Positions 27,295 to 37,147 of a stretch of 64,000 nt of DNA are shown piece by piece. The translations under genes were made by a program, and so were the position numbers. The first letter of the stretch is position 1, and the number at the start of each line of letters is the position of its first letter. Source of the DNA: Patescibacteria group bacterium (GTDB taxonomy: Bacteria; Patescibacteriota; Microgenomatia; UBA8517); contig DATFUL010000002.1 of the NCBI GenBank assembly GCA_035260845.1, forward strand, positions 7,033-71,032, given 5' to 3'. Under the pieces are notes generated by a model. The model did not search any database, was not told the DNA's origin, and was given only the letters and a program-made list of their open reading frames with translations.

Positions 27295-29392
27295 TTAATA
27301 GAAGATCATCATTTTCCATTTCATGCCAGATTTGTTCTGTGACGAATGGCATAAAAGGATGAAGAATTTTAAGAGACTGCTCAAGGACTTGTTGTAAAAT
27401 AGGAACCGCACTTTCACGAACTCCAAAATTGTCACCGTCTTTGGTTTTGGTTTTCTCGATATAAATATCGGCAAACTTATGCCAGACAAAATCATAAATC
27501 TCTTCAGCCGCTTCGTTAAGTTTGAATTTATCTAGATTTTTAGTTACGGATAGAGTTGTCTTTTTAAGTTCTTCTAAAATCCATTCGTCATCTGTTTTTA
27601 CAGATTTATCTGATTTAGTGTTTATAGATTCGCTTTCTGTTACAAAACGGGTTATATTCCAAACTTTATTGGCAAAGTTTCTGTATCCTCTGATCCTATC
27701 TTCCGAAAGTTTAATATCGTTTCCGGGGGCTGCGCCAATGATTAAGGACATACGAACAGCATCGGCTCCATATTTATCAATCATATCCACTGGATTAATA
27801 ATGTTACCCAAAGACTTACTCATTTTTCGTCCCTGGTTATCACGTACCAAGCCATGCAAATAAACTTGCTTAAATGGCACCTCTCCTAAAAGAAACGAAC
27901 TCATAAGTATCATGCGTGCTACCCAGAAGAAAAGAATGTCGTAACCTGTTTCAAGAAGGCTTGTCGGATGGAAGTTTTTAAGATCCTCTGTTTGTTCCGG
28001 CCAACCTAACGTTGAAAAAGTCCAAAGACCTGAGGAGAACCAAGTGTCAAGTGTGTCTGGGTCTTGTTCCCAGCCTTTTTCTTTTGGCGCTTCTGTTCCT
28101 ACAAATATTTCCTCTCCCTTGTACCAAACCGGAATTCTATGACCAAACCAAATTTGACGACTGATGCACCAATCTCTTAAATTATCTATCCAGTGATAAT
28201 ATGTTTTTTCAAATCTAGATGGGGTTATTTTAGTTGCACCACTTTTTATGGCCTCTCGCATTAAATCTTTAAGACTTTTATTGTCTCTCTCCGGAATTTC
28301 TTTGTTTACATCAACCCACCATTGAAGTTTAATTTGGGGCTCAATAGTTCCACCTCCGCGGTAGTTGATAGCAATTTTATGAATATATTTTTCATCAACT
28401 TTTTCGATTAGACCTTTCTGTTTAAGTTTCTCAACAATTAAAGGTCTAGCCTTTTTAATGTGCTGACCTGCAAACTCACCTGCAATGGGAAGTAAGAGTC
28501 CCTTCTCATCGATTACTTGTTCAATGTCTAAGTTGTGACGTTTGGCTATTTCAAAATCTACAAAAGAATGGGATGGGGTAATGGTCATTACACCCGACCC
28601 AACTTCTGGGTCAGCGGCCGTATCTTTAATAATTGTTGCGGTCAGTGGGCCATTTATCCACTCGAGTTTAATTTTGTCACCGTGTTTATATTTTTTATAC
28701 CGTTTGTCATCTGGATGCATAACCACATACTTGTCTCCGAATTTTGTTTCCGGCCGAACTGTACCGATTGTAAAAGGACCATATTTAAAATAATAAAATG
28801 GATCTATTTGCTCTTTGTATTCAATTTCATCATCAGCTACAGTTGTTTGGAACTGTGGATCCCAATTAACAATCCTGTTGCCTCTATAAATTAAACCAGC
28901 TTTATACATCCGTACAAAGGCTTCCATTACAGCTTTATAGCGTGTTCCATCCAAGGTATATGCATAGCGGCTCCAATCAAGTGAACTACCCATCCGTTTA
29001 ACCTGACTAATAATAGTGCTCTCGCTATCCTTGATAAAAGCTTCAATCCGGTTCATTAACTCCGTGCGTCCTATGTCGTGTCGAGTTTTGCCCTCCTCCT
29101 TATATAAAACGCTTTCAACTTTGCTTTGGGTGGCAATGGCGGCTGAGTCCGTTCCCGGAATCCAAACAGTTTTCTTGCCTTGCATTCGGTTGTACCGGAC
29201 TAAAATATCTTCAACCGCAAGCATGGCCGCATGGCCCAAATGTAAGGTTCCTGTCACGTTTGGTGGGGGAAGAACTATAGAAAAAGTTTCCTTTCGCTCT
29301 CCCGGTAAATTATCGGGATTAAAATAACCAGAGGTTTCCCATTTTTTATAAATTTTCTCTTCGTACAGTTTATGATTATAAGTTTTATCCAT
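27272..29392 (-). CDS. valS: valine--tRNA ligase (shortened form)
   Basis: 706 aa. PPPNVTGTLHLGHA (class I HIGH, ValRS-type context). KMSKSLGNIINP. WCISRQIWFGHRIPVWY. It lacks the long C-terminal coiled-coil of canonical ValRS. Confidence 0.8.
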   Translation of the reverse strand: MDKTYNHKLYEEKIYKKWETSGYFNPDNLPGERKETFSIVLPPPNVTGTLHLGHAAMLAVEDILVRYNRMQGKKTVWIPGTDSAAIATQSKVESVLYKEEGKTRHDIGRTELMNRIEAFIKDSESTIISQVKRMGSSLDWSRYAYTLDGTRYKAVMEAFVRMYKAGLIYRGNRIVNWDPQFQTTVADDEIEYKEQIDPFYYFKYGPFTIGTVRPETKFGDKYVVMHPDDKRYKKYKHGDKIKLEWINGPLTATIIKDTAADPEVGSGVMTITPSHSFVDFEIAKRHNLDIEQVIDEKGLLLPIAGEFAGQHIKKARPLIVEKLKQKGLIEKVDEKYIHKIAINYRGGGTIEPQIKLQWWVDVNKEIPERDNKSLKDLMREAIKSGATKITPSRFEKTYYHWIDNLRDWCISRQIWFGHRIPVWYKGEEIFVGTEAPKEKGWEQDPDTLDTWFSSGLWTFSTLGWPEQTEDLKNFHPTSLLETGYDILFFWVARMILMSSFLLGEVPFKQVYLHGLVRDNQGRKMSKSLGNIINPVDMIDKYGADAVRMSLIIGAAPGNDIKLSEDRIRGYRNFANKVWNITRFVTESESINTKSDKSVKTDDEWILEELKKTTLSVTKNLDKFKLNEAAEEIYDFVWHKFADIYIEKTKTKDGDNFGVRESAVPILQQVLEQSLKILHPFMPFVTEQIWHEMENDDLLLITAWPKV

Positions 29393-29512
29393 TTAAGTAC
29401 TACCGTGCCCTTCCGAAGCTTATAGCGAAGGAGGGTGGATCTGTGTTTGTATTGTAGCATTTAGGTTTGATTTTTGCAGATATTCAAACTATCATGATAA
29501 TATTTTTTTATT

Positions 29513-29767
29513 ATGAACAAAGAACAAAAAGAAAATAGTCAGGTGGAAGCGTCCACTCGGTTGGCATACAAAATTGAAAAGGCTATGATAGTCATAGGTA
29601 TGGCAGGTGGTGCTTCTTTAATGACAGGAGTTATACTACAAACTTTTTTGGAAATCCCAACTACTGAAGTACCTACCTACCTGGTAACAATGATACCAGC
29701 GGCAATTGTTGGTGCCGGAATAGGGGTTTATTTAAACCGTTTCGATAATCAAGATTTAGGAAAGTGA
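29513..29767 (+). CDS. small membrane protein, hypothetical
   Basis: 84 aa with two predicted TM helices. No motif. Confidence 0.35.
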   Translation: MNKEQKENSQVEASTRLAYKIEKAMIVIGMAGGASLMTGVILQTFLEIPTTEVPTYLVTMIPAAIVGAGIGVYLNRFDNQDLGK

Positions 29768-30772
29768 TAATCTGGGATTGCGGTCAATTTTATCTGGATC
29801 TACAAATTCTTCTCTCTCAGCTTTAAAGTAAGCAGCGATGCCAATCATTGCTGCGTTGTCGCCGTATAATCTATTCGAATAGGGAAAATGCAAATTGATA
29901 TTAAATGCTTTACCAAGTTTTCTTAATCTTTTTCTCATTTCGACATTTATTCCAACGCCGCCTCCAACTAATAAGTCTTTAGGCGTCTTTGGATAATCAT
30001 TAGATAAAATAAAATGGAAAACTCGAATAATGTGTGTAAATGCGGCATCCTGGAAGCTAGCTGCTAAATCGTATATTTTCTCTTTAGTTAAAGGTTTTTC
30101 TGATTCTACCAGTCTCATCATTGAAGTTTTTAAGCCAGAGTACGAAAACATTCTGCGGTTTTCTTGGCCTGCTATAGGAACTGGAAGAGTGTATTTTTTA
30201 GGATTACCAAGTTTTGCCATTTTTTCGAAAATTGCTCCACCAGGGTACCCTAAACCCAACATTCTTGCAGCCTTATCAAGCGCCTCACCCAATGCATCGT
30301 CATGAGTTTCTGCAAGAACTTTGTAATTACCAATTTTATCTATTTGAATAATTTGTGTATTTTTCCCAGAAATGACTAACCCAAGTGCTGGGAATTTAAT
30401 ATCAATGTTTTGATTTGCAAAAGAGGAGAGAAGGTGTCCTTCCAAATGATTAACTGCGATTAGTTTTTTGTTATATTTAATTGCCAATTCTTTGGCTTTA
30501 TTAACTCCAACCCCAAGTGCGATAGAAAGACCTGGGCCAATCGTTACCGCAATCGCATCGATATCCTTTGTTATTTCAAACTTTCCAAGAGCCTTTTTTA
30601 TGACGAAGTCGATTCGCTCCTCGTGCATTCTTTGAGCCAGAGAGGGCATCACGCCGCCAAATTTAGCATGTGCTGAAGCTTGGGACCAAATAATATTACT
30701 TAATATTTTTGTATCCTCGGTTACTGCTGCAGCAGTTTCGTCACAGCTTGTATCAATCGAGAGAATTTTCAT
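29756..30772 (-). CDS. tsaD: tRNA N6-adenosine threonylcarbamoyltransferase TsaD (Kae1/Gcp family)
   Basis: 338 aa. MKILSIDTSCDETAAAV...NHLEGHLLSSF (HxEGH metal site)...GGGVGIN. Confidence 0.9.
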   Translation of the reverse strand: MKILSIDTSCDETAAAVTEDTKILSNIIWSQASAHAKFGGVMPSLAQRMHEERIDFVIKKALGKFEITKDIDAIAVTIGPGLSIALGVGVNKAKELAIKYNKKLIAVNHLEGHLLSSFANQNIDIKFPALGLVISGKNTQIIQIDKIGNYKVLAETHDDALGEALDKAARMLGLGYPGGAIFEKMAKLGNPKKYTLPVPIAGQENRRMFSYSGLKTSMMRLVESEKPLTKEKIYDLAASFQDAAFTHIIRVFHFILSNDYPKTPKDLLVGGGVGINVEMRKRLRKLGKAFNINLHFPYSNRLYGDNAAMIGIAAYFKAEREEFVDPDKIDRNPRLSLS

Positions 30773-30788
30773 CGTTATCTATTTAACC

Positions 30789-31700
30789 TTAATACTTTCT
30801 TGAAGAATGGAATATTCCCATTTTAACTAAATGATATTTAACTATTTCAGATGAATCCATTCCATTTGTCTTACGCTCGGCCTTTAAGTGTCTCAAGATA
30901 TCATCAATTTTAAGTCTGTTATCTTCAAACGCAACACTGTTTGGGGTTTTTGAAGTGGACCATAAACCTTCAAAAGTTTTTGGTTTTATATTTGCTTCAA
31001 CCGAAACGATTCCGTCCGCACCCATTTCAAGTGAGTCTGCAGCATCTGCTGTATTACCCTGAAAAACTTTGAAAGAAGCATTTTTTAATTTTAGAACACT
31101 CTCAAACTGTTGAATGTCTTTACTTGATGACTTTATTCCAACAACTCTTCCTTTGGACTCGTCTTTAGCAAATTGAACCAGATCAAATGGAATTTCCTTC
31201 CCTTCGGTCATGCTTGGATTACTATAAAGAAGAACTGGTAAGCTAGTTGCATCTAGGACTGTCTCAAGAGCTTTGTAAGGATCACGACTTAACATGGGTG
31301 CAAATATAATTCCATCTGCTCCCACTGAATTTGCTGTTTTTGCAAATTCGGTAATTTCAGACATCTCCTTTTTAAGAACTCCTGCGAGTACAGGCACTCT
31401 GTTGATAGAATGCTTATCCCTACTGTTGATAACAGTAGTTAACAAAACGTTATAATTTTCTAAATCAAGAGATAAACCTTCACCAGCATTTCCTGCCGGA
31501 AATAAAGCGCCTGAGTGGTTGACGACACTAGCCACCAGGTTATCCAAGTCTTTTACTTGAACTAAGGGTTTCTTACTTTTCTCTGAAAAAGGAGTTACAA
31601 GCGGAATTACAACAGCCTTTAATTTACTTGGATTAAGTACTTCTTTTTGATCGACATGTCTCAATTTGAGATCAACCATGGTGTGGCGATTATAACACAC
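30789..31700 (-). CDS. dihydrodipicolinate synthase / N-acetylneuraminate lyase-family (DapA-like) aldolase
   Basis: 303 aa. VIPLVTPFSE...VASVVNHSGALFPAGNAGEGLSLDLENYNVLL matches the DHDPS-family N-terminal pattern (vvP-vTPF...G--gl---GttGE---Ls--E). Confidence 0.5.
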   Translation of the reverse strand: MCYNRHTMVDLKLRHVDQKEVLNPSKLKAVVIPLVTPFSEKSKKPLVQVKDLDNLVASVVNHSGALFPAGNAGEGLSLDLENYNVLLTTVINSRDKHSINRVPVLAGVLKKEMSEITEFAKTANSVGADGIIFAPMLSRDPYKALETVLDATSLPVLLYSNPSMTEGKEIPFDLVQFAKDESKGRVVGIKSSSKDIQQFESVLKLKNASFKVFQGNTADAADSLEMGADGIVSVEANIKPKTFEGLWSTSKTPNSVAFEDNRLKIDDILRHLKAERKTNGMDSSEIVKYHLVKMGIFHSSRKY

Positions 31701-32742
31701 CCCAAGAGATCAGTCTTTCGTTTTCAAATTTACCTGACTTAATATTTACCCAAATAACAATTGCTTCTTCGTCATACTTACGAATTTCGTCAGTTACTTT
31801 TTCTGCCCATTCAATTGAGACTACGGATTTGTTTTTAATTAAATCCGGAAAACCCAAAGCTGTTAATTCATCTGAATTTTCTAGCCTCCAAGTATCGAAA
31901 TGGAATAATTTTTTACTGCCTTCTCCATATTCGTTTTCAAGAGCAAAAGTTGGTGAGGTAACTAGTTCAGTTATTCCCATGGCGCGGGCCAGCCCTTTTG
32001 TAAATTGAGTTTTACCTGCTCCCATTTGGCCTTCCAAGGCGAAAACAATTGCCCTTTTGCCTTTATAATTTTCATATTTTTGCCACAATTCTTTACCAAT
32101 GTTTTGGGTATTTTCTTCTGAACGAGAAAGAACCTCATTTTTATCCTTAATTTTTATTTCACCTTGTCTTAAAACTGTTGGGTCATCAAGTGTTGTATCA
32201 ATTACTGTTGAGGGTTCGTTTTTAGGAAGTTCGCCAACATCGATAATTAAGTCAATCAACCCTTTTTGCTTTTCAGAAATATTTCTGAGGATGTCATCAA
32301 TTTTGTATGGCCGTTTTTGGTATGAAGCGTTGGCACTGGTTGCCACAATTGGACGGCCAAATTTGGTAATCAAATTAAGCATATTTTTATAATCCGGAAT
32401 CCTAACTCCCAAGGTTCCTGTTTCTGACTCGATCCCTTTAGCAACTTTTCCTTTCCCATTGGAAATAACTGTAACCGGCCCAGGCAGAAAAGTTTTATAG
32501 AGATTTCGGGCGGTGTCGTTTAACTCTACATATTCCTCGGCCATTTTTTGATCAGAACACATAATGGCATAAGGTTTTCCTAATGGTCTTTCTTTGTATT
32601 TACTTAATTTTTCAATAGCCTCGGGGTTTTGTGAGTCCACGGCAACACCGTAAACAGTTTCGCAGGGGAAGACTACTAGCCCGCCAGCCTCAAGTGTTTT
32701 TAAAATCGTGTCTAAATCATCAAAATTGTTTACAAGCTTCAT
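31690..32742 (-). CDS. fused TsaC/Sua5/YrdC (L-threonylcarbamoyladenylate synthase) - TsaE (P-loop) protein
   Basis: 350 aa. N-terminal YrdC fold: LEAGGLVVFPCETVYGVAVDSQNPEAIEKLSKYKERPLGKPYAIMC...FLPGPVTVI. C-terminal TsaE: ALEGQMGAGKTQFTKGLARAMGITELVTSPTFALENEY...FHFDTWRL. Confidence 0.8.
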   Translation of the reverse strand: MKLVNNFDDLDTILKTLEAGGLVVFPCETVYGVAVDSQNPEAIEKLSKYKERPLGKPYAIMCSDQKMAEEYVELNDTARNLYKTFLPGPVTVISNGKGKVAKGIESETGTLGVRIPDYKNMLNLITKFGRPIVATSANASYQKRPYKIDDILRNISEKQKGLIDLIIDVGELPKNEPSTVIDTTLDDPTVLRQGEIKIKDKNEVLSRSEENTQNIGKELWQKYENYKGKRAIVFALEGQMGAGKTQFTKGLARAMGITELVTSPTFALENEYGEGSKKLFHFDTWRLENSDELTALGFPDLIKNKSVVSIEWAEKVTDEIRKYDEEAIVIWVNIKSGKFENERLISWGVL

Positions 32743-32984
32743 GAGGCCATTATACCTCCTAGTTGTTGGATTATGAATAAAAGTGTTAAATTTAGTTAAT
32801 GTCTGTTTGGAACGAAGGACTACGTAAAATTGTAGATTTTCACTTGATTGACCCGAACTTTGATGGTACTCGGCAACTTTTTACTTTTTATAGAACCGGT
32901 AAGTATTCACTTGGGACTGAAAAAGATATGAATAAGGTAAGAAAAGACTCTGACAAAAAAAGTGCTATTGAAGACATAATCTTT

Positions 32985-34766
32985 TTAAATAGCAGGTCCA
33001 GTACCCTTTAAATAAATAGCTGCCCAGGGTTGGTAATTACTAACAAATGTCTTTTTATAAATACTTTCTCCATTTCTTGTTACTAAATAGTTAAATGTAA
33101 TTTTGGCCCCACTTGCAGCAAAATCTGTTTGTTTTAGAGTTCCAGCTGGGAGAGTTGGATCGTCCTGGTAAATTGTAGGTAGTGCTGGTATAACATTAGA
33201 AACAACTGGTTTAGAAACCACCGACACTCTTCCATCACTTGTCCCATAAAGTTCAAAAACTAATGAATAATTTTTTGGATTATTTTTGGCTTGAATCAAG
33301 ATGTACCCCGGTGTGTCGTTTTTAAACTTAAAATCTGGTGAAGGTGCATAAACTGTGGCGTCAATTCCTGGCGCGGAATTTTGTTCGTAATAACCAACAC
33401 GATAAGCATGTGCTGTACGTTCCATTATTGGCAGTCCCGCATTAAGTGTTGCACGAAAAAGTGTCGTTGAGACTTGGCAAACCCCACCGCCATCACCGAG
33501 AATGGTGCGGCCTTCAGAAATTATGTAGGCCTCTTTATATCCTGTTAGTTTTGAAACATCACCCAAAGTTTGATTAAAAGAAAATGTGTCACCCGGTTTA
33601 ATCAATGTACCATTTATTCTACTGGCCGCTAAATTTACGTTAAAAACACGCCCAGGAATTGAATGGAAATAGGTGGAAGTACCGCGACCAATCATCTCCT
33701 TTATTCCCAAGTTGTTGATTTCGTTGGTTGCGACATCGGACTTAGTTCTTGTTACTGGAACATCAATTGCAATATTTTTGTCTGTTGAATCCGCTAATTT
33801 ATCAAGACTATTTATTAGTAGATCTTTAAGTTTTTGATTGTCTAAAGTAATTCCATCAAGTGCTGGTTGAAACTCACTAACTTTTAAGCCATTAAATTCA
33901 AATTTAGGATTTTGCGATTCCCTATTTACGCTTTTTGAAACTGCAAGGATTGTGTTATTTATTTCTTGATCGTTATAGCCCCCACTTGGGTTTATGAATT
34001 TAAGGATACGGTCTTTGTTATAGTCAAAACTTTCCACTTCAAATTTTAAAGAAATACTTTTGTCCAAATATTTTTCTCCTCTGGTTTTTGCTGCAATTAT
34101 TTCTTGATCGCTTAAGCGTGGATCAATTGTTTGCATTGGAATTTGAACGTCACCAGTTCTTGCATAGGACAAAACCTGTCCAACAATTGCCTTAAGTAGT
34201 TCTTGGTCAACCAGCGTCCCTTCCGCACCTTTATTCACTTCAATATTTCCATTTTTGACTTCGATTGATGGATAAATCGGATTAACTGTAATTTGTTTAT
34301 CGATTAGAGCAATAATATTTGAAAGTTTTTCGGTACTTATATTTGTGGTGAGACCCAAGTTTTGCCCCTGTCTCAAAAGATTAATTTGTGTAATTGAATC
34401 AGTAATAAAGTTTCCTGTTCTGGTTAAGTTGTAAACTCTATCAACCGAAGCCTCAAAGTTGTAACTTATATCTATGTCTTTTGTATTTAAATCAAAAGAT
34501 TTTTTTGTGCTTACTAGACTAATTTTGTCTGCTATTTTAACTTCATTTGTAAGAGTTGCAACCGCCTCAGCAGGAGTTTGCCCACCAAGACTGATACCGG
34601 CAATATAAATATTTGGATAAATTCTGCCTAGGTATTTAACCTGATAGAAGAGGAAAAACCCTAAAACGAAAACAATAACTGAAAAGAAGAAGATTACAAC
34701 CGAACGACCAAAGTTTTTCGGTTTTTTAGGCAGTTTTTTATTTACAATCGATCTCGCACTGCTCAT
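32985..34766 (-). CDS. VanW-family protein (membrane-anchored, cell-wall associated)
   Basis: 593 aa. N-terminal TM (VVIFFFSVIVFVLGFFLFY). C-terminal VanW core GGGVCQVSTTLFRATLNAGLPIMERTAHAYRVGYYEQNSAPGIDATVY. Confidence 0.75.
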   Translation of the reverse strand: MSSARSIVNKKLPKKPKNFGRSVVIFFFSVIVFVLGFFLFYQVKYLGRIYPNIYIAGISLGGQTPAEAVATLTNEVKIADKISLVSTKKSFDLNTKDIDISYNFEASVDRVYNLTRTGNFITDSITQINLLRQGQNLGLTTNISTEKLSNIIALIDKQITVNPIYPSIEVKNGNIEVNKGAEGTLVDQELLKAIVGQVLSYARTGDVQIPMQTIDPRLSDQEIIAAKTRGEKYLDKSISLKFEVESFDYNKDRILKFINPSGGYNDQEINNTILAVSKSVNRESQNPKFEFNGLKVSEFQPALDGITLDNQKLKDLLINSLDKLADSTDKNIAIDVPVTRTKSDVATNEINNLGIKEMIGRGTSTYFHSIPGRVFNVNLAASRINGTLIKPGDTFSFNQTLGDVSKLTGYKEAYIISEGRTILGDGGGVCQVSTTLFRATLNAGLPIMERTAHAYRVGYYEQNSAPGIDATVYAPSPDFKFKNDTPGYILIQAKNNPKNYSLVFELYGTSDGRVSVVSKPVVSNVIPALPTIYQDDPTLPAGTLKQTDFAASGAKITFNYLVTRNGESIYKKTFVSNYQPWAAIYLKGTGPAI

Positions 34767-34788
34767 TCCGATATGATACCATTTAAGG

Positions 34789-36219
34789 GTGGATACTAAC
34801 CAGAATCCCCCTAATACTTATACAATTCCGGCGACACCAGCTAGTCCTATCCCTCCTGTTTCGGAAGTCCCGAGTGTGCCACCAATAGTTCCACCGATTC
34901 CAAAGAAAACTATTCCTAAAGTAGCAATCTTTGCAGGTATTGGTGTTTTGGTTTTAATTATTATTTTTGCGATTTTCAAAATTCTAACTTCTACTTCAAC
35001 ATCTAAAATTTCTGGAGGAACAATTACTTGGTGGGGACTTTGGGAAGATCCTAAAGCTGTACAACCATTAATTGATGCCTATCAAACTGCTCATAGTGGA
35101 GTAAAAATAAATTATATAAAAGAGTCCCCCCAGGATTATCGCGAACGTTTAACAAGTTCTCTTGCCAAAAGCAGCGGTCCCGATATCTTCACCTTTCATA
35201 ATTCTTGGGTACCGATGTTTAAAGGAAGTTTGGATTCACTCCCCGCATCAGTCATGAACCCGGCAGACTTTGCCAAGACTTTTTATCCAATAACTTCATC
35301 TGATTTAACCTCTGGAAGTAGTATTGTTGGAATTCCTTTGGAGTATGATGCCTTAACATTATTTATTAACCAGGATATTTTTGATAAAGCAGGTAAGACC
35401 GCGCCGACAAGTTGGGATGATTTTAGATCGGTTGCAAAACAGCTCACAGTTAAAGATGATCAAGGTGTTATTACTCAATCGGGAGCAGCAATGGGAAGAA
35501 CAGAAAATATTGATCATTGGCCAGAAATTTTAGCTCTTTTAATGCTTCAAAATGGAGTAAGCCTAAGTAATCCAACGGGACCAGGTGCTGAAGGGGCACT
35601 GACCTACTTTACACTTTTTTCAACGACTGACGGAATTTGGGACGCAACCCTCCCTTCTTCAACTCAATCTTTTGCAGCAGGAAAACTAGCGATGTACATT
35701 GGCCCTTCGTGGCGCGCTTTTGATATCCAAGCCCAAAATCCAAATTTGAAATTTAAAACGGTACCTATCCCACAACTCCCTAAGGATAGTCCAAGCCAAG
35801 CTGATATAACTTATGCAACTTACTGGGCTAGTGGAGTTTGGTCTGGGAGTTCCCATAAAGCTGCAGCTTGGGATTTCTTAAAATTCCTTTCAACTCAAGA
35901 TTCGCTAACCAAACTTTACCAGAATGAGAGCAAAGTCAGAAGTTTTGGTGAACCATATCCAAGAGTCGACATGGCCAGTTTACTTTCGAGTCACCCTGTT
36001 CTTGGTTCAATAATTTCCCAGGCCCCGGGAGCAACTAGTTGGTATTTAGCTTCTCGTACTTTTGATGGCCCAACTGGAATAAACTCACAAATGATTAATT
36101 ACTTTGGCGATGCTGTTAACGCGGTTGCAAATGGAACTTCAACTGCCGATAAAGCTCTAGCAACAGCCGCACAAGGTGTTTCGCAAATACTTGCCCAGTA
36201 TAAACTGATTGCAAAGTAA
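34789..36219 (+). CDS. ABC transporter extracellular solute-binding protein (family 1, sugar-type)
   Basis: 476 aa. GTG start. Pro-rich N-terminus plus TM anchor. GGTITWWGLWEDPKAVQPLIDAYQTAHSGVKINY...GPDIFTFHNSWVPMF is typical of SBP_bac_1. Confidence 0.65.
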   Translation: MDTNQNPPNTYTIPATPASPIPPVSEVPSVPPIVPPIPKKTIPKVAIFAGIGVLVLIIIFAIFKILTSTSTSKISGGTITWWGLWEDPKAVQPLIDAYQTAHSGVKINYIKESPQDYRERLTSSLAKSSGPDIFTFHNSWVPMFKGSLDSLPASVMNPADFAKTFYPITSSDLTSGSSIVGIPLEYDALTLFINQDIFDKAGKTAPTSWDDFRSVAKQLTVKDDQGVITQSGAAMGRTENIDHWPEILALLMLQNGVSLSNPTGPGAEGALTYFTLFSTTDGIWDATLPSSTQSFAAGKLAMYIGPSWRAFDIQAQNPNLKFKTVPIPQLPKDSPSQADITYATYWASGVWSGSSHKAAAWDFLKFLSTQDSLTKLYQNESKVRSFGEPYPRVDMASLLSSHPVLGSIISQAPGATSWYLASRTFDGPTGINSQMINYFGDAVNAVANGTSTADKALATAAQGVSQILAQYKLIAK

Positions 36220-37075
36220 AATGCTAAACCTGTATTCTATTGCCTTAAATCAAGAACCTACCAAAGAAGATTTGGACGACAAAGAAAAGGCATCCATCCT
36301 CTATCATAATTTATTTGATTACCCTCTAAGTTTTTCCGACTTAATAAAATGGAAATCAGGCAATAAAGTAGAAGTAACCAAGGCACGGAATCAGGTTACA
36401 AATAAAAGAGGTTTTTATTTTCTGGAAGGCCGAGAAGGACTTATTTACAAAAGGCTTTTAAGAAAAAGAGTCTCTGATAAAAAAATGAAAATCGCAAAGG
36501 CTTCTGCCAAGATTTTCGCGCTAATTCCTACCATCAAGATGGTTGCAGTCACGGGTTCCTTGGCTATGGAAAATGCTGCTGAGGAAAGTGATATTGATTT
36601 AATGATGGTTACAAAAAAAGGTACACTTTGGATAACCCGACTACTCACTTATTTACTTACCTACTTATTCAATCTTTCTATCCGAAAACCCTCTGATAAT
36701 AATCAAAAAGACAAGTTTTGTTTGAATATTTGGCTAGATGAAACAGATTTGCTTTGGAGCAAAAAGGACAGAAATGTCTACACTGCCCACGAAATTGCCC
36801 AGATTATTCCACTAGTTAACAAAGATAAAACTTACGAAAAATTCTTGCATAAAAATAAATGGTTATTAGATTACTGGCCCAACTCAGTAAAAATTAGCGA
36901 AAAGCGAAGAGTGAAAAGTGAAAAAGTTTTTTCTTTAGATCTAATAGAAAAATTGGCTTTTAATTTGCAAAAAAATTATATGATGAAGAAAGTTACTCGC
37001 GAAATCGTGACCCCCACCCGTGCCCTTTTCCATCCTCAGGATTGGGGAAAAGTAGTTTTAGGAAGACTTACTTGA
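36209..37075 (+). CDS. nucleotidyltransferase-fold protein (Pol-beta-like NTase), hypothetical
   Basis: 288 aa. VAVTGSLAMENAAEESDIDLMMV is the GS-x(n)-DxD NTase signature. Confidence 0.45.
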   Translation: MQSKMLNLYSIALNQEPTKEDLDDKEKASILYHNLFDYPLSFSDLIKWKSGNKVEVTKARNQVTNKRGFYFLEGREGLIYKRLLRKRVSDKKMKIAKASAKIFALIPTIKMVAVTGSLAMENAAEESDIDLMMVTKKGTLWITRLLTYLLTYLFNLSIRKPSDNNQKDKFCLNIWLDETDLLWSKKDRNVYTAHEIAQIIPLVNKDKTYEKFLHKNKWLLDYWPNSVKISEKRRVKSEKVFSLDLIEKLAFNLQKNYMMKKVTREIVTPTRALFHPQDWGKVVLGRLT

Positions 37076-37118
37076 CATATCGGCGCACCCTAGCTTAGAA
37101 TAGCAGTCATAGGGATCG

Positions 37119-37147
37119 AATGCTAACAGTGTTAGCATTATTTTTTC
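37119..37147 (+). terminator. perfect 9-bp stem / 3-nt loop hairpin followed by T6 (intrinsic terminator of upstream gene and/or groES leader operator)
   Basis: AATGCTAAC-AGT-GTTAGCATT at 37119-37139, then ATTTTTT. It lies between a TTGACA(37072-37077)-17 nt-TAGAAT(37096-37101) promoter-like pair and the groES ATG at 37155. Confidence 0.55.

Noticed and set aside
29393-29512. T-box riboswitch leader upstream of valS
   Set aside because: The leader is only about 120 nt and lacks a recognisable T-box sequence (AATTAGGGTGGNACCGCG-like) or specifier/antiterminator architecture. Only a short CCTTC...GAAGG stem is present.
36890-36925. Short AAAAGTGAAAAGTGAAAA-like repeat (also near 56040)
   Set aside because: Only about 17 nt, inside coding sequence in both places, lysine/glutamate-codon rich. 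Most likely a coincidental low-complexity match rather than a repeat element.
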